Notes: generated by a model not told the origin, from the letters alone. DNA of 64,000 nt from Azolla caroliniana (GCA_043228905.1 JBHGNT010000002.1:10602001-10666000), one strand, 5' to 3'; positions 1 through 14,204 are shown, numbered from the stretch's first letter. Made by a program: numbers and translations.

Positions 1-2335
1 TAGTAATTGTCACAAGTAAATTCCTGGAACGATAATTGATGGGGGATCCGGAGTAAACGTCACGAGTAAAAATACGTGTGACAAATTAGGAAATTGAGAA
101 TGGGAACCATGCCCATTCTGGTTAAGGATGGCGGATATGAGCTCAGTCCGACCAATAGGACTCATCCAAAACCTAGAAATCACCATGGGAGATCATGCTT
201 TCCAAATATCGGCAGAATTTAAAGATGTATTCGCCTTGTCCTATGAAGATATGAAGGGACTACACCTGAAGTTCTATCAACATCAAATTCACCTCAGCAA
301 AGACGTGAAACTGGTGGCTCAAAGGCATTACCGAATGAAGCCCAAGTATGCGATTAAAGTAAAGGAGGAAATTGACAAATGATTAAGAGTTGGCTTTATC
401 CGACTAGTCAAGCAAGCTACGTGGCTCAACGCAATTGTGGTAGTACCCAAAAAGAATGGGAAAATTTGAGTTTGTGTGGAGCATTTGGATCACCTCCGTA
501 TGTGTTTGGAGAAATGATGTAACTTGCGCTTAAGCCTGAACGCGAAAAAGTGTGCCTTCGGAATAGCAAACGATGCCCTATTGGGTCACATCATCAGTAA
601 GGACGGAATTGCCATAGATACAAACAAAGTAAAAGCTATACTAGCAGCACCCGCACTAGCAAATGCAAAGGCATTAAGCAAATTTCTTGTTTAGATCCGG
701 TGGCACAGTCGGATGCTCCGGTATTTGGCAGATTTTGCCACACCATTACATGCCCCGGTGCATCAACTATCATTCCAATGGATGGAGTAGGGGGAAAAGG
801 CTTACTGAGGCTTAAAAGTAATGCTATCTCAGGCCCCAGTGGTTCAACCACTGGACTGTACAATAGAGTTTCACGTTTTTGTAGATGCCTCAAACATTGC
901 AATTAGCAACGTACAAATGCAGCTGACGGAGGCAAACTGGTACTGGCCGGTATACTACGCGAGCCTAAAACACTCTAAGGCAGAAGGGAACTAGTCGACT
1001 ATAGAATGGGAAGCATTGGGAATGGTATACAACGTTACAAAATATAGCCACTATTAGTTGGGGCGGAAATTCTCATTCCATGTAGATCATTCGGTGCTAA
1101 TATACTTGGTCTCCAAAGCCTCATTAACAGGAAAATTAGCTAGATGGACTCTACTTCTACAAGAGTTTGAGTTCGATATTTATCATCGACCTGGCGTCTA
1201 GCACGCCATAACAGATTACTTAAGCCAGTTAGAGTCTAGAGAAATAGGTGTCAGAGTATAGGACGAATTTCCGGATGCCCAATTGTTTCAAGTCGCAGCC
1301 GACGAATCAACAACCAAGGTGCTTCAATCTAAAGGCAAATGGATTACAAACATGCAACAGTTCTTAGGTATTGTCCTACCACCAGAAGAGATGAGTCAAG
1401 ATGATCAGAAGCGGTTGGCAGTCCAGAGCCGACACTTTTGTGTCATACAAGACATGATGTATCACAAAGGAGCGGATGGAATATGGAGATGAGCGGTTCG
1501 AAGCGACGAGAAGGATGTGGTGTTAGGGAAGCTCATTGTGGAGTAACCGGCAAACACTATGCCAGAGAGGCCACAACCAGGAAGATGTGGCGGAGCGGCT
1601 TGTGGTGGCCAACCACCCTGAAAGATGTCATCCCATATTGTCGTCAATGTGGCTTATGTCAGAGAATGGACCAACAAACGGAGCAGGCATAGATGCCTGC
1701 CCCACCAACCGATGCTACCACTGGAATTGTTCTAGAAGTGGGGATTGGATTTTGTCGGGTTATTCAAGCCAACGGCAACACGTACCAATAATAGGTACAT
1801 CATAGTCGCCATAAATTACTGCACCAAATGGGTAGAAACTAAGGCACTACAAGATAACACAATAGCTTCAACCGCGGAATTTTTGTATGAGAACATTTGG
1901 TGTAGGTTTGGATGTCTGATTGAATTAATCAGTGATCAAGGAGGGCACTTCATCGGCCAAGTCGTAGAGATCTTGACATTGTTTTATGCCATCGTACATA
2001 AGAGAAGCACCCCATACTACTCGCAGGCTAACGGATTAGCCAAATCTACAAAAAAGACACTCCAGAACATTTTGAAGATAATTGGGAATAAGAATCGAAT
2101 GGATTGGGATACAAAGTTGCAAACTACATTGTGGGTGTATCGAATGAGTTATAAGACAAGCATCCGGTCGACACCATTCCGGCTGGCTTTCGGATTGGAA
2201 GCGGTGATGCTGATGGAATTCCAAATTCCGAGTTTATGCGTGCAAGTACACGAACGGCTGAACAAACAAGAGTCGGAACGGATGCGATTGGAGAAATTTC
2301 TCGAACTCGAAGAACATCGATCATCAGCACAATAG
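1..2335 (+). pseudogene. Degenerate Ty3/Gypsy pol (protease, partly deleted RT, RNase H, integrase)
   Basis: Protease-like IIDGGSGVNV near 35-65; RT start W..IVVVPKKNGK; RNase H FVDAS..AI; integrase Zn finger (H..H..C..C) and core (WGLDFVG, LISDQG, QANGLA, TPFRLAFG). Many stops and frameshifts. Confidence 0.9.
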
Positions 2336-2984
2336 TGGTGGAGCTAAGGCCGGTGGAGAGCGCACTAGTGGAACGACCAGAAGCGGTACAAACGGTTCAG
2401 ACAGAACCAGAGCTACAAAGACAAACTCAACCGGGTCCCACCAATTAGCAAATAAATGAGGCAGACAACAGACCGGAGAATCTGCAAAACCAAGAAGAAG
2501 GAACACATGAAGAACATGTGTTTCAGCTGTTAAGGGACGCTAGAGGAAAACATTTAGAACTGCTGGAGGTGGCGCAAGTGTTCGCGGAGATCACCGAATA
2601 CGATACCTGCCAACAACTGGTTGAATGGCTAGGGCAACAGGTTACCGGGGTGACGATGCGGATGGCAACGTAACAGAAGAAATGGGTCGGCCTGCGCACT
2701 TTGAAAGAGAAGACGGAGGTTACGACCAGACAACTGACAGACCCGGGGGCTTCATTGTCAATACTTGTATGATAGCACGTGAGTTCATCAAAAGGGGTTT
2801 AAATTGACCACTGAGATCCAGAATGTATATATATAATGGTATAAATAAATATTTGAAAATATATCTACATAAGGGTATTATCAATTATGCTAGAGAAAAA
2901 AATGACATAAGCCCGTGAAATATTAAATATTTCAATGAGATAGTAAAGCATATATTATGCAAATAATGCTCAAATTTGGAGTAG

Positions 2985-3002
2985 CATATATACATACATA
3001 CA

Positions 3003-3034
<32 letters not shown>

Positions 3035-3241
3035 CATGCATGCATGCATATATACCTACATTGAAACATTACATCCATGATTCATATTCTATGTATATAC
3101 ACACATTACACCCATTTATACATGCATACTGACTAAATATGAATATATTATGTTTGTAAAATATATATTACCATATGTAAATACATACATACACATACAT
3201 AAATACATTACATACTACATATATAAATACATGCATATACA

Positions 3242-3275
<34 letters not shown>

Positions 3276-3865
3276 ATGCATACATGCTACATACATATAA
3301 GAATAAGCCATATATATTGACATACATATATACATGATACACACATAAAAATTACATATTACATATATACATATACATTCTTACAAACATATTTTATATA
3401 TTACATATTACACGCATATATTATTATACGCACAATTATACAAAAGTATACAAAAACATATATAAATACCAAACACAAAAAATATACATACATAAATAAA
3501 TTACATATTACATATACACATACACATAAATATATAAGATTACATATTATAGATGGGTGTTGCCATGAGAAGAGAGTGGAGGATGTCTATACTGAATTTG
3601 GGTTGTATGAGGCTCACGTGGAGGGTATGTGGTCGAGTAATGCTATGCTCATCGAATAATGTGGTGTTTTAGAGTTTTTTTGTTGTTTCCTTTACAAATG
3701 TTATTTTCTTTTCGACATGCAAGTTGGCCTGTAAGATATGAGTTGTATATTATCCTATGTACATTGCCTTAACTAATGGAAGTAGCTTTTTTTTGGGAAG
3801 ATTACATATTATATGTATTACAAATTCACATACATGCAAACAAGTTACATATATTACACACACAC
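2985..3865. repeat. (TACA)n / TA-CA low-complexity tract, left part
   Basis: Perfect and degenerate TACA repeats. The same tract resumes at 14091 after the Mutator-like element. Confidence 0.9.
3552..3797 (+). mobile_element. 5'-truncated non-LTR retroelement (LINE 3' end), 246 bp
   Basis: Perfect 16-bp TSD AAGATTACATATTATA at 3536-3551 and 3798-3813. The 3' end TAACTAATGGAAGTAGCTTTTTTTTGGG matches the 3' end of the LINE at 10715-10740. Confidence 0.8.
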
Positions 3866-4323
3866 CATGGTGTCTAACTACTACCAAATATTAAAGAGGG
3901 CAAGTGAGGGAATCGCGGAGAGGGACGGTGCAGGTCGCTAGATGAGGGCGTGTGCGATCTGCACCGTCCAATGTGGCTGTGGAAAAGGCGCGAAAAAGCG
4001 CGCCAATTAAAGAGGGAGCCCGTCTCATTAAAGAAGGGCTCCACTTTGTGAAAGGGAGCCCTTCTCATTAGTTTGAGGGAAGTATAAAAACCCTTTTTTT
4101 GTCATTTTTTTCCTGTTTGCAAACAAGAAGCGTGAGGTTGAGGGTTTAGGGTTTTTGAGCGAGGCGCACCACCTGCTGTCTGCGAGCACCTGTTGCAGAC
4201 ATCTTCAGCGAGGCACAACACCTGTTGTCCGCGAGCACCTACAGTCCAGAGGTAGGTATCATATTCCTTCTATTAGGTTTAGGTTTTTATTATGTATCAT
4301 ATTCCTTCTATTAGGTTTAGGGC

Positions 4324-4669
4324 TTATTCCATGTCATAAAAACCAGCAACCTAATATGGATGATTGCTTGAACCTAATATGATTTTATTCCTTCTATTGT
4401 GTCTTCAAGCAATCAACCATGATTTTGAGTAGACATGGAATATAAATAATATTTGTCTATGTGTATTTAAGCAATCATAATCCATATTAGGTTTAGGTTT
4501 TATTCCATGTCATAAAAACCATCAACCTAATATGGATGATTGCTTGAACCTAATATGATTTTATTCCTTCTATTGTGTCTTCAAGCAATCAGCCATGATT
4601 TTGAGTAGACATGGAATAAAAATAATACTTGTCTATGTGTATTCAAGCAATCATCATCCATATTAGGTT
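4324..4669. repeat. Two ~176-bp tandem units, each with internal inverted repeats
   Basis: Units start at 4324 and 4500. AACCTAATATGGATGATTGCTTGAA is inverted against TTCAAGCAATCATCATCCATATTAGGTT, and TTATTCCATGTC against GACATGGAATAA. Confidence 0.85.
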
Positions 4670-5770
4670 TTTACCCTACAATAGAAGAAATAGGTCTTTA
4701 TTCTTGAAAGAAACAATTCCCCAAACATAATACTTTTTCTTAAGGGAATGTATGTTACAAAAAAATATAAACATTTTATAACACAAAATTTGAATTAGCT
4801 AATGTTTAAATTAACAATGCTTGAATTTGCCCATCTACATAAATGCCAACATTTGAATGTCATTATTTGAATGCCAACATTTGAATGCTTTAATTTGCCC
4901 ATGTGATTCATGCATTATTGGGCTTTTTTATGCCCACATTTGAAGGTCAAATCTCAAATTTTGTATACATTCTTTGTGTTTTTTCTCCCCAAATAATAGT
5001 AATGTAATGAATGCCTTACTAAAAAAAGTTGTGTGCTATGTAAGTCTATGTAAGTATGTTTTAAGTTGGAAGTAAAACGTTGTGTCCATTATAGTATTCT
5101 AAATGATAAATGATAAATTCTTGCTGAATGAAATTAGGATTCTCCATGAAGATCAACTATTTGTCATGGACTCATGAACTATGACTATGATTTAAAACGT
5201 ATCATTATTATGGCTATTTCCCTTAATTTAGAATGTGCCCTCTATGTATATATATTACAAAAACTAAAATAAAAACTGCAAGTAGCATTCATGAATTTTA
5301 AATTATTGACATTGATATGTTAGAATTTGTTAAGATTGATCTATTTTTTGAAATCATTGACAATTTTTGTCCATTCCAAAATCCTTAACACTAATGTATT
5401 GTGTAGAAACAATAGGATAGACTCAAGTATTCTTGAATTTAAAGACAAACATATGGTGATGTTTTGGACTCTACCAATTACTAAGGAAACATTAAAGGAA
5501 TTTATGTAAAAGTGAAAATCAAGCATAACATAAGAATATGCACATTTATTACAAGCCATGAACACATGAAACCCATATTATGTGTAACGAAAAATGTATA
5601 TTGGTTCTAGGTAACAAGTGTCAATATATAAGATCAACTCCCCTAGTTCTTTCGTAAGTCCCAAGGAACGACCTAAGGTGACACCAAGCACCCAAGAGAA
5701 AGTTCTCATTAAAGCTTACAAAACAGGGAAACGCAGATGAATAAGTCATGTAAAGACCCTAATAAGGAGC

Positions 5771-6424
5771 TTGAGTGGAACGACACCCAATGCAGAAGAA
5801 GCAACCCAAGGCAGAAGTGTGAATGTCACGCCTCAAATCATAGTCGTCCCGGACACAAATGAGTGTGCTTCCTCTAGCCAAGACCTTGAACCACACCCAC
5901 AAAACGCCTTGAAATGGCTAGGTTTAGGGCTGAAGGCAGTGGAAAAAATAATGGTACATGTATCAACGGTGCACAATAACGGAGTTCCGACGACCTCAAT
6001 CTCCTTTCCACTCTTGCTTCCGACTCAGGAAGATTGGTCGAAATCCAAGATTAAAGATATGTTATGTAGCCAAGCAGCGTGCTTTGTAGCACAAATAAGA
6101 GATGAAGAGCTCATGAATGAACTAAAGCAACATTGGCATAACACTGAATTCTGGTGCACCATGGATGAAGAGGACCCCCATCTTTGCCACATCCACCTGC
6201 GGACTATCATAAACACCCAACTAACTCCAAGCTTTGTCTATTTCTATGAGAAGCATGAAGGGGCGATTGAAGCCCACAAGATAGCCCACAAACTCCACTC
6301 ATGGATGTGGACCACTATTCCATCCCTGGAAATGTCTGGATGTCTAAATGGTGAGTGCTCCCCACTCACGACCTGTTGTACAAAGCACCAGGCACAACTG
6401 GCAACCTCCCACCCCATTCCATGA
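5771..6424 (+). pseudogene. LINE ORF1 remnant (C-terminal part)
   Basis: 217-aa ORF directly upstream of ORF2. Its TGA overlaps the ORF2 ATG (ATGA at 6421-6424). Confidence 0.6.
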
Positions 6425-9400
6425 GTATGAAGATTATAACATGGAACGTGCAAGGACTCAGAAGTAGACTAGATCAACAAAATAGATGGAAACTGAGAAG
6501 GGATCTTGAAGAACATTTACTAGGGAGTGGTGCTGACATCATCATGTTGCAGGAACACCACCTCGATAGCACACAGTTAAAGGAAGTCGGAGACCTTCTA
6601 CCAGGATCATGGCGAACGATTTGGGAGCCAACAATTGGGGAGGATGGAAATCATGGTGGTATTTGCACTTTGATTCGGAAACATCTAGCCCAAGGCTTAA
6701 TACACCAAGAATCACTTATACCTGGTAGGGCACATTTTTGCATGCTGACCATCCAAGGGCAACGATGGAACTTCATGAATGTTTATGCTCCAAACAATAG
6801 AACAGAAAGAGCAACATTCTGGGACCGCATCCGCCTACAAGTAGTGGGTGTGGAAGAGTGGTGTATTGGAGGGGATTTTAATATGATCGAATCCATTCAT
6901 AATAGCTCCAACAACAACCCCATAGTTCTACAAGGAAGGGAACGCAAACAATGGGAGAAGCTATGTGTCCACCTTAACCTGTGAGACATCTGGCATTCTG
7001 CCAACTTCCAACGAAAAAGGGACTCTCTCCTATTCTCCCGATTAGACGGGCGGAATAGTGGACCCACCCTATCTCGCATTGACCGCATTTATGTGGGGGA
7101 GGCTTTAGAAGTGAAGGGAGGGTGGTGTCGCATAACTGCAGGCACAACTTTCTCTGACCATTACCCGGTAGCTGGTCATTTTAAATTGCACCAAAAATGG
7201 GGCCCATTCCAGACTCGCATCCCACACACTATTTAGACACTTATAGACGTGAAGGACCAACTATCCAACCAATGGTCATTACCCGTCAATGGCTCATCAA
7301 CATCAGACAAACTTTTAGCTAAATTAACAAGAGCCTCTACTCTCCTACATGAGATTGTCAAGACCAGACGCAAGGATGCTCAGGAGAAGCAACATAGGAC
7401 AAAACGGGGACTAATAGCCTTACAACGCCTCGAACAGAGATACCCATCCTGTAGTTGGATCGCAGGACAAGTTGCCACGGCCAAACAGGAACTTAGCATG
7501 GCAGAAAAGGCAATATATGACATGGAGTTTCATGGCAGCATGGCGCGATGGATTCGAGTAGGGGACAAAACCACAAAGGAATTCTTCCGCTCCAAAGGCC
7601 CGAGGCATGCTAGAACTGTGATGCGCAGCCTCAACCGGGAGGATGGAACAACCACTGAGGATGGCGACGAAATGAGGAATATTGCCACAAGGTATTATAG
7701 CCGCCTACTTACCGAAGACATGATAGCTATAGGGGAAGACATAAGCGATGATATTATCCTCCAAAGCATAAGTCACACCGGAAATGAATACCTGGCTCGT
7801 GCATCCTCTATCAATCATTGAGATATGGGAGGCCCTCACTGATTTAGATGCTGAGAGCTGCCCCAGAATTGACGGTCTCACCCCGCACTTTTTCACATGC
7901 CTTGGGGCACTATTAAAGAAGAGCTCCTCTAGGCATATGAGGAGATCATCACTTCTGGAAGCATGCCAGAGGAATTTGGACAGGGGATGATACATCTCAT
8001 TCCTAAAAGTGGTGGGAATGCCAACGACATTCACAAGTGGCGGCCCATTACTCTTCTCAATACTGTCTATAAGTTGCTCGCAAAAATCGTGGCACGCCGT
8101 TTAACTCCACTTCTCCCTCAACTCATTCATCCGTCGCAGACAGGTTTCGTTAGAAATCGGAGCATCCTAGACAACCTCTTCTCATTTTGCCAAGCAATAG
8201 CCCTTGCCAAGCAGTGGTGCTACTAGATTTTGAGAAAGCCTATGACAGGGTATGCTGGAACTTTCTAGAAAGTGTGATGAGGAAACTCGGCTTTCAAGAG
8301 ACATGGATCAAAGGCATTGTAGGATTTTATAGGAATGGCAGTAGTTGCGTTTCGCTGGCAGGTGAAAGGGGCCCCTTTTTCCGAATATCCCGCTCTGTAC
8401 GGCAGGGATGTCCACTAGCTCCATCCTTATTTCTATTATACGCCGAAGCACTCTCTTGCTTTCTCAACTCGCGGCATCTCAACCTACGTGGTCTTCCCAT
8501 ACCTCATTCTTACCAAAGCATCCTGGATATAGAATTTGCAGATGACACAGTAGTCTACCTGCAAGGGGACCTGGAAAACCTCCAAAAGCTAGAAAGTGGG
8601 CTAGTTTTATTTTGCAAGCAATCCAACGCCATGATCAATTGGCACAAATCCTGTGCAATATGGCTCTCTCAGGAAACACATCTGGCGTGGCACCCACACC
8701 CCGCTTTCAAGTGGATCAATCAAGGAGCGAGCACCAAATATTTGGGCTTCCAAATTGGCTTCAACATACCGCCGGAGACTATGATTGCACCCGTTATCCT
8801 TTCCATTCGACAAAAGTTGATACATTGGAGCTTTAACAAATTGTCGCTAGCAGGTCGCATCATAGTGGCAAATCAGGTACTCCTCGCAACAGCATGGTAC
8901 AGTCTATCATGCTGGACAATCTCCAAGGAAAGTATACATCAGATTCAACGACTGGTCCGCAACTACATTTGGTCTGGTAAGGAAGACCATGTAGCTCGCG
9001 CCAAGGTGGCGTGGCCTGTACTCACAACGCCTACGTCGAGAGGGGGATTGGGTCTTATTGATCCCCTTTCACAATCGAAAGCCTTACTTGCCAAATTTGT
9101 GGTGCGAGGACTCCAACCAGGAAATGATTGTTGGAAAATGCTACTGAGGTTACGTTTCACTTACTTTAGGCCATGAAAAGGGGTCAATTGGGTCCCCCAA
9201 ACGGGATGGATTCTAAACATGGATCTCAAACCTAGTTTCTCCCGCCATTTGGAGGACAGATTCAGTGCATCCATGTGGAAGGCATGGTGTGACATTCGTC
9301 GGGGGCTCCAATGTGATCAACCGAGATCCGAACCTGCTTGGCTCAGTCAACGTATCCTATGGAACCCATGTCTCAAGGATGAATCTAATCAACTACTAGG

Positions 9401-10691
9401 ATCACGTAAGGGGTTGTCATGGGGATACATTGCAGAAGGTCCAGGCAAAAGTATAGAATGTTGGCAACGGTTTATGTTAATGCCACTACAGGATCAAGCG
9501 AACATACTCCATGGAATTAGGGGCGGATGGACTATGAGATCAGAAATCATTAACACGCTACTGATTAGGGAATCTGCTACACAAAGGACGACAATGGAGA
9601 AATGGATAGGCCACGAGGAGGAGGGCTCTCTGATTCCGAGAGGTAGGGGATCACCAGACATACTCGAAGGCCATGAATTGCGAGACACTGAGACACCCAC
9701 ACAGAATAACGCCATTCGAGTACTTGTGTACACTGGTCATAAATGGATTGTAGATCCTGATCCGATCAAAGTACAACCCGATTGGCATATATGTACTCAT
9801 GAAAACACATGGCTACGTAAGGTCAGTTGGGACCCTTTGCAATGGACATGGCGTGATCCCTACGCGGGGCAAGGAAGCAAACTCATCCCTTTCTTCCAAT
9901 TCACAACTAGATTGGGTCGCCACATTCTAGCTGCTCAAGTCGCCCGAGAACCGGCTGTTGCGAAGGTCTGGCACACATTTCAAGTTCCCTCCGCAATAAT
10001 CACCAAGTTTTGGCAGAAAATCTGGAAGCAACAACACGTGAGGCGAATTACCACTTTCCAATGGCTGTTAATACATAAGTCTCTACCGGTGGGAGCATGA
10101 CAACGTGGGAACCTTAGCTCTCCTAATTGTGTAGAGTGCCCACATGCAGTAGAATCCATACGACACACTCTGTGGGACTGCCCAACGTCCCATAGAATAT
10201 GGCGGGGGGTTGGCCGCTTGTTGCAATTATGCCAAGTGCAAGGTTCAATCAAGTGGGGAAATATATGTTGGCTATCATGGCAGGCTGCAATTGGCCGATA
10301 CGAGCATCAGGAGGAGGGGATGACTTTGGTGATAAAAGCACAAGAGGTTCTTTTCTCCTCCAGCGGAAATGTCCACTATTTTCCTCTTAATGACAAATCT
10401 CAAGAGGTGTTGGAATTGGTCAGCCCAATAACCCTTTGGATTCTATGGAAACAATGATGTAGGCAAGTCTTCTCCAACCAAACCACCCATCCAACAAGGT
10501 TACTGCAAGAGATATGGAGTGAAATTGTAGCCACTCTGAAGAGCCAATATGATGTCCTTAAAGGTGGCTCCGAGGGAGTTGAAAGACAATGCATAGCCTT
10601 CATCCAACAATGGTCGTCCTCTCCCTTTCTTGAGTCAGTGGGCTTCCACATTAGATGGAACTATCGCGTCCCTTTAGGGATTTGTACATAA
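6421..10691 (+). pseudogene. LINE ORF2: APE endonuclease, reverse transcriptase, zf-RVT (disrupted)
   Basis: EN motifs ITWNVQG, LQE, NVYAPN, GGDFN, SRIDR, SDH. RT motifs RPITLLN, DFEKAYD, RQGCPLAP, FADD, YLG. C-terminal C..C...ESIRH.LWDC. Confidence 0.95.
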
Positions 10692-10984
10692 TCGTCTCAT
10701 TTGTAAAATTTTATAACTAATGGAAGGAGTTTTTTTTTGGAATATATATATATATATATATATAAGATCAACATATTCAGTCTTATAAACGGGGTTTAAT
10801 CATGTTTCTGTTGTGCCTACGATGCATATAAGGCTCAAATACCCAATGGAGTGTACATCCACAAAAAAATGTGTGGCAGTACATTTGTGATAACATAGAC
10901 AACTTGTGTATATGTCTCATGATTGCTTCAAATATGATGTCCAAATATGATCGTAGATCCATTGGTGGTTTTTGAAGATGGCAT

Positions 10985-11225
10985 GCCGACTGATTAATGT
11001 GGAGACCGACTCATTCATATTCATTAAAAAAGGGAGCCCCACTCATTAAAAAAGGGAGCTCGACTCTGGTAAAAAGGGAGCCCGACTAATTAATGTGGAG
11101 CCTGACTCATTCATGTTCATTAAAAAAGGGAGCCCCACTCATTAAAAAAAGGAGTTCGACTCATTAAAAAGGGAGCCCGACTCATTAAAAAAGGGAGCCC
11201 GACACTGTAATAGGGAAGTGCCCAA
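10985..11225. repeat. MULE internal/subterminal ~21-bp repeats (AAAAAGGGAGCCCGACTCATT)
   Basis: About 7 copies here, related copies at 4005-4070, and inverted copies (GAGTCGGGCTCCTTTT) at 13900-13955. Confidence 0.8.
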
Positions 11226-11447
11226 CTACGTGTAATGAGGGCGTCTCAACAGTCATATTAACGACTACAGTAAATTAATTCACCAAATTCAGTAGCATGC
11301 ACTAAGAGTCTTCCCATCATTCCCAATTAACCCATTCCCTTCCTTAACAGTCTATTAATCACTCGCACTCATATCATTCACTCTCATTCTCGATCGTTAA
11401 TCTACTCCATTCATGTGAATTATTTGAATTCATTCACTTGAATTCAT

Positions 11448-13400
11448 TTGATTTCATTCACTTCATTCTCCTCAATCACTGACATTCTTGATCATATTGT
11501 ATTTGCTATGGAGAGCACAATGCATCATGGTGTCTTTGCCATGTCGGAAGATGAATTGGAGGATACGTCATGGTCATCCAATGAATATGAGGACGAATTG
11601 GAGGATCCTTTTGAGTCATCAGATTCCAATCGTGAGGATGAGGTGCTCGATCCCTTCATGTATTGTTCCCCTAGGTATTTTGCATTTTCAAGAGGTATGT
11701 ATAATTTGATGATTAAAGATTTATTGGGACAAGTAAATGTAACATTGGAAGCATTACGTGATGTCGCGAGGGGAGCACCTCTTTCACTTCATGCATGGAG
11801 GCACATGAAGAGTCGTCTCATACTCGGGAATGAGAGTGCAATTTACCTTAAAGCATCACCTAATCTTCAAGTCTTATACGTCGAGAAATGGAGGGAAGTA
11901 GTATTAGCATCACATGGTGACACATCCCATCACACGTTTTCAAAGACTCTTAAAGAGTTAAAGCTAGTTTATGCGACTGATGTACGTGATTATGGCATGC
12001 CACCGGAGTACGTGAAAGCACTCATTACAAGTTGTGGTTGCCAAATGGCATCGAAGCTCGACTCGATAGAAGGTTTGGGATCAAGCATGGCCAAATATAA
12101 CAAGACCCTACCCATAGAAGTGATCAAGGTAGAAACCCACCAATTAGATGATGTGCTCACGGATTTGCAAACCAAGTACCACACACGTTTAAGGAAAGGA
12201 GTCAAGAAGGGTATGCATGTGACTAGGTATAGTTGCCCTCGTGCTGGGACATCTCGACTTGCGTCTAATTCCACTCGACGACGTAGGTGCACACCCCGAT
12301 GTGGGTGCACATTCCATGTGGACATTAGAATCAATGACGATGTTGACATTGAGACACTTACCATTTCAATATATGGACCTCATAGTGGTCATGTACCATG
12401 TAGTAGGTCGGATGTGTACCATTTGCCAGTACACCCCAATGTCATAAGTTGTTGCAAAGATGACCTATTTGATGTTGGGTGTGCAAGGCATGTGGCATGA
12501 ATGAGCATGCGTAAGGAAGCATATCATAAGTCCAAGGCTAGTCCATTAGAGCTTGTTACCTATCGGTTCTTTATGATATCAAAGGAGGTCCATAACATGG
12601 CAAATAGGTTAAAAATCGGGAGTGCCATGACTAAGGTTGATTGGGATTTGATGATGCAAGATGCCTATGCACTCCGAGATCTTGGGAAAGTGGCTCATGT
12701 TCAACCCTACCTGCCTGGTGAACCAGGATCTGTCGCCATACAACCATTTATCTTGATACTTCAAGATCAATGGATGTTGGAAATGTGTGAGCGGTTGACC
12801 CTAAACAACTCTTGGGCAATCGACTCGACATTGAAAACAAACCAATTCGGGCTCCCATTATATGCAACAGTTTCCCCCAACGCCATGGGAATTGGGATCC
12901 CATTATGGTACATGCTTTGTAGTTCTGATAAGGGGTCAAACCATGAGCAAGTGGCATTAGAAGCTTGTTCGAGAGTCATATTCGCAAGGATGCCCACGGT
13001 GAGGCCAAATGCGATTGTGATCGATAAATGTTGGACATCATATAATGCCATAACTAATGTGGTTGCAATAGACCGTCAATCTTGGATTGTTGTAAATGGG
13101 CAACGGTCCCAAACACATTGTCGACTTTTGTTGTGTTAGTTTCACGCCAAAAAGTCATGGGTGGACAACTTGTTGCCAAAAGTAAGTGCAAATGAGAGAA
13201 GCCATCTTTATTAACGAATGTGCCAACTCATGCAATGCATTACTGAATCATCATTCAATGCAATGTGTGAGCAGTTAAAGGTAGAATATGCGGATACGCC
13301 CGGTGTTTGGCAATATATAGAAGGAGGATGGTGTGGTTTGACATGTGTGTGGAGGAAACTCTGGCCCAAGTTTGGTAGAATGTTCAACTATGGACACGTT
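11448..13400 (+). pseudogene. Mutator-family transposase (WRKY/GCM1-type Zn finger + DDE), disrupted by stops
   Basis: CPRAG...RCGC.F.V....H.GH finger; WAIDSTLKTNQFGLPLY; PNAIVIDK; LLC*FH (MULE CxxH); TTN near the end. Confidence 0.85.
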
Positions 13401-14090
13401 GACACTACCAATATTGCGTTGGTGCACCAAAATCAACCAATGAAGAAGATGGTAGATCAATAAGTCGCAACCAACAAATCGGTGCCAAAAGAAGTGCAAC
13501 AATAGACATCTCGCAAGAACTTATTGGTAGCTCCCCAAACACTTCCAAATCCCACTCCGGAAAACTACAAAGATGTGCTAGTCGGGCTAGGAAGAGATTG
13601 CCATTGGTTGACCATGAGAAGGTTCGGTGTTTGTGTTGCGATGGCTTGACCTTGACTTCAAGGGACTCAAATGTTACATGTTGTAAAAATTGTGGTTGCA
13701 TCTTGCAATCATCCTGACATGAGCCATAATCTTAATATGTAACGTGTATATTCATATTTCATTTTAGGGTTGTCAATATTTTATGTAAGACTTGTTATTT
13801 GAATCTTTAGGTTTTTTTGAGAAATTTTATGATCAGTTTCATGGCAAATATTTGTTTTACACTTACAATTTTGTGGAGTTTTTGATGTTTGTTGTTACAG
13901 AGTTGGGCTCCTTTTGACAGAGTCGGGCTCCTTTTCCAGAGTCGGGCTCCTTGTGACAGACGTTGTCAGGTTTTTATCCATCTTGGATGGTGGAGATCGA
14001 ATGTGCCATCAGCGGTGCGACCTGCACCGTCTCTCTCCGTGATTCCCTCACTTGCCCTCTTTAATATTTGGTAGCAGTTAGTCACGAGCC

Positions 14091-14168
14091 ACACACACAC
14101 ATGCACGCATAAATAAATTACATACTAGATATCATATAATCCATACATATTATATGATATACAAATTT

Positions 14169-14204
<36 letters not shown>

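Larger units (their letters stand above)
5639..10740 (+). mobile_element. L1/Tx1-clade LINE, near full length, degenerate
   Basis: TSD AATATATAAGATCAAC at 5623-5638, repeated at 10741-10772 with an expanded TA run. Contains an ORF1 remnant and ORF2. Confidence 0.92.
3866..14090 (+). mobile_element. Mutator-like (MULE) DNA transposon containing a nested LINE
   Basis: 69-bp TIRs at 3870-3938 and 14017-14085 (4 mismatches). Subterminal GGGAGCCC repeats in opposite orientations. Internal MULE transposase. Possible TSD ACACACACAC (3856-3865 / 14091-14100), weak because it is a microsatellite. Confidence 0.85.
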
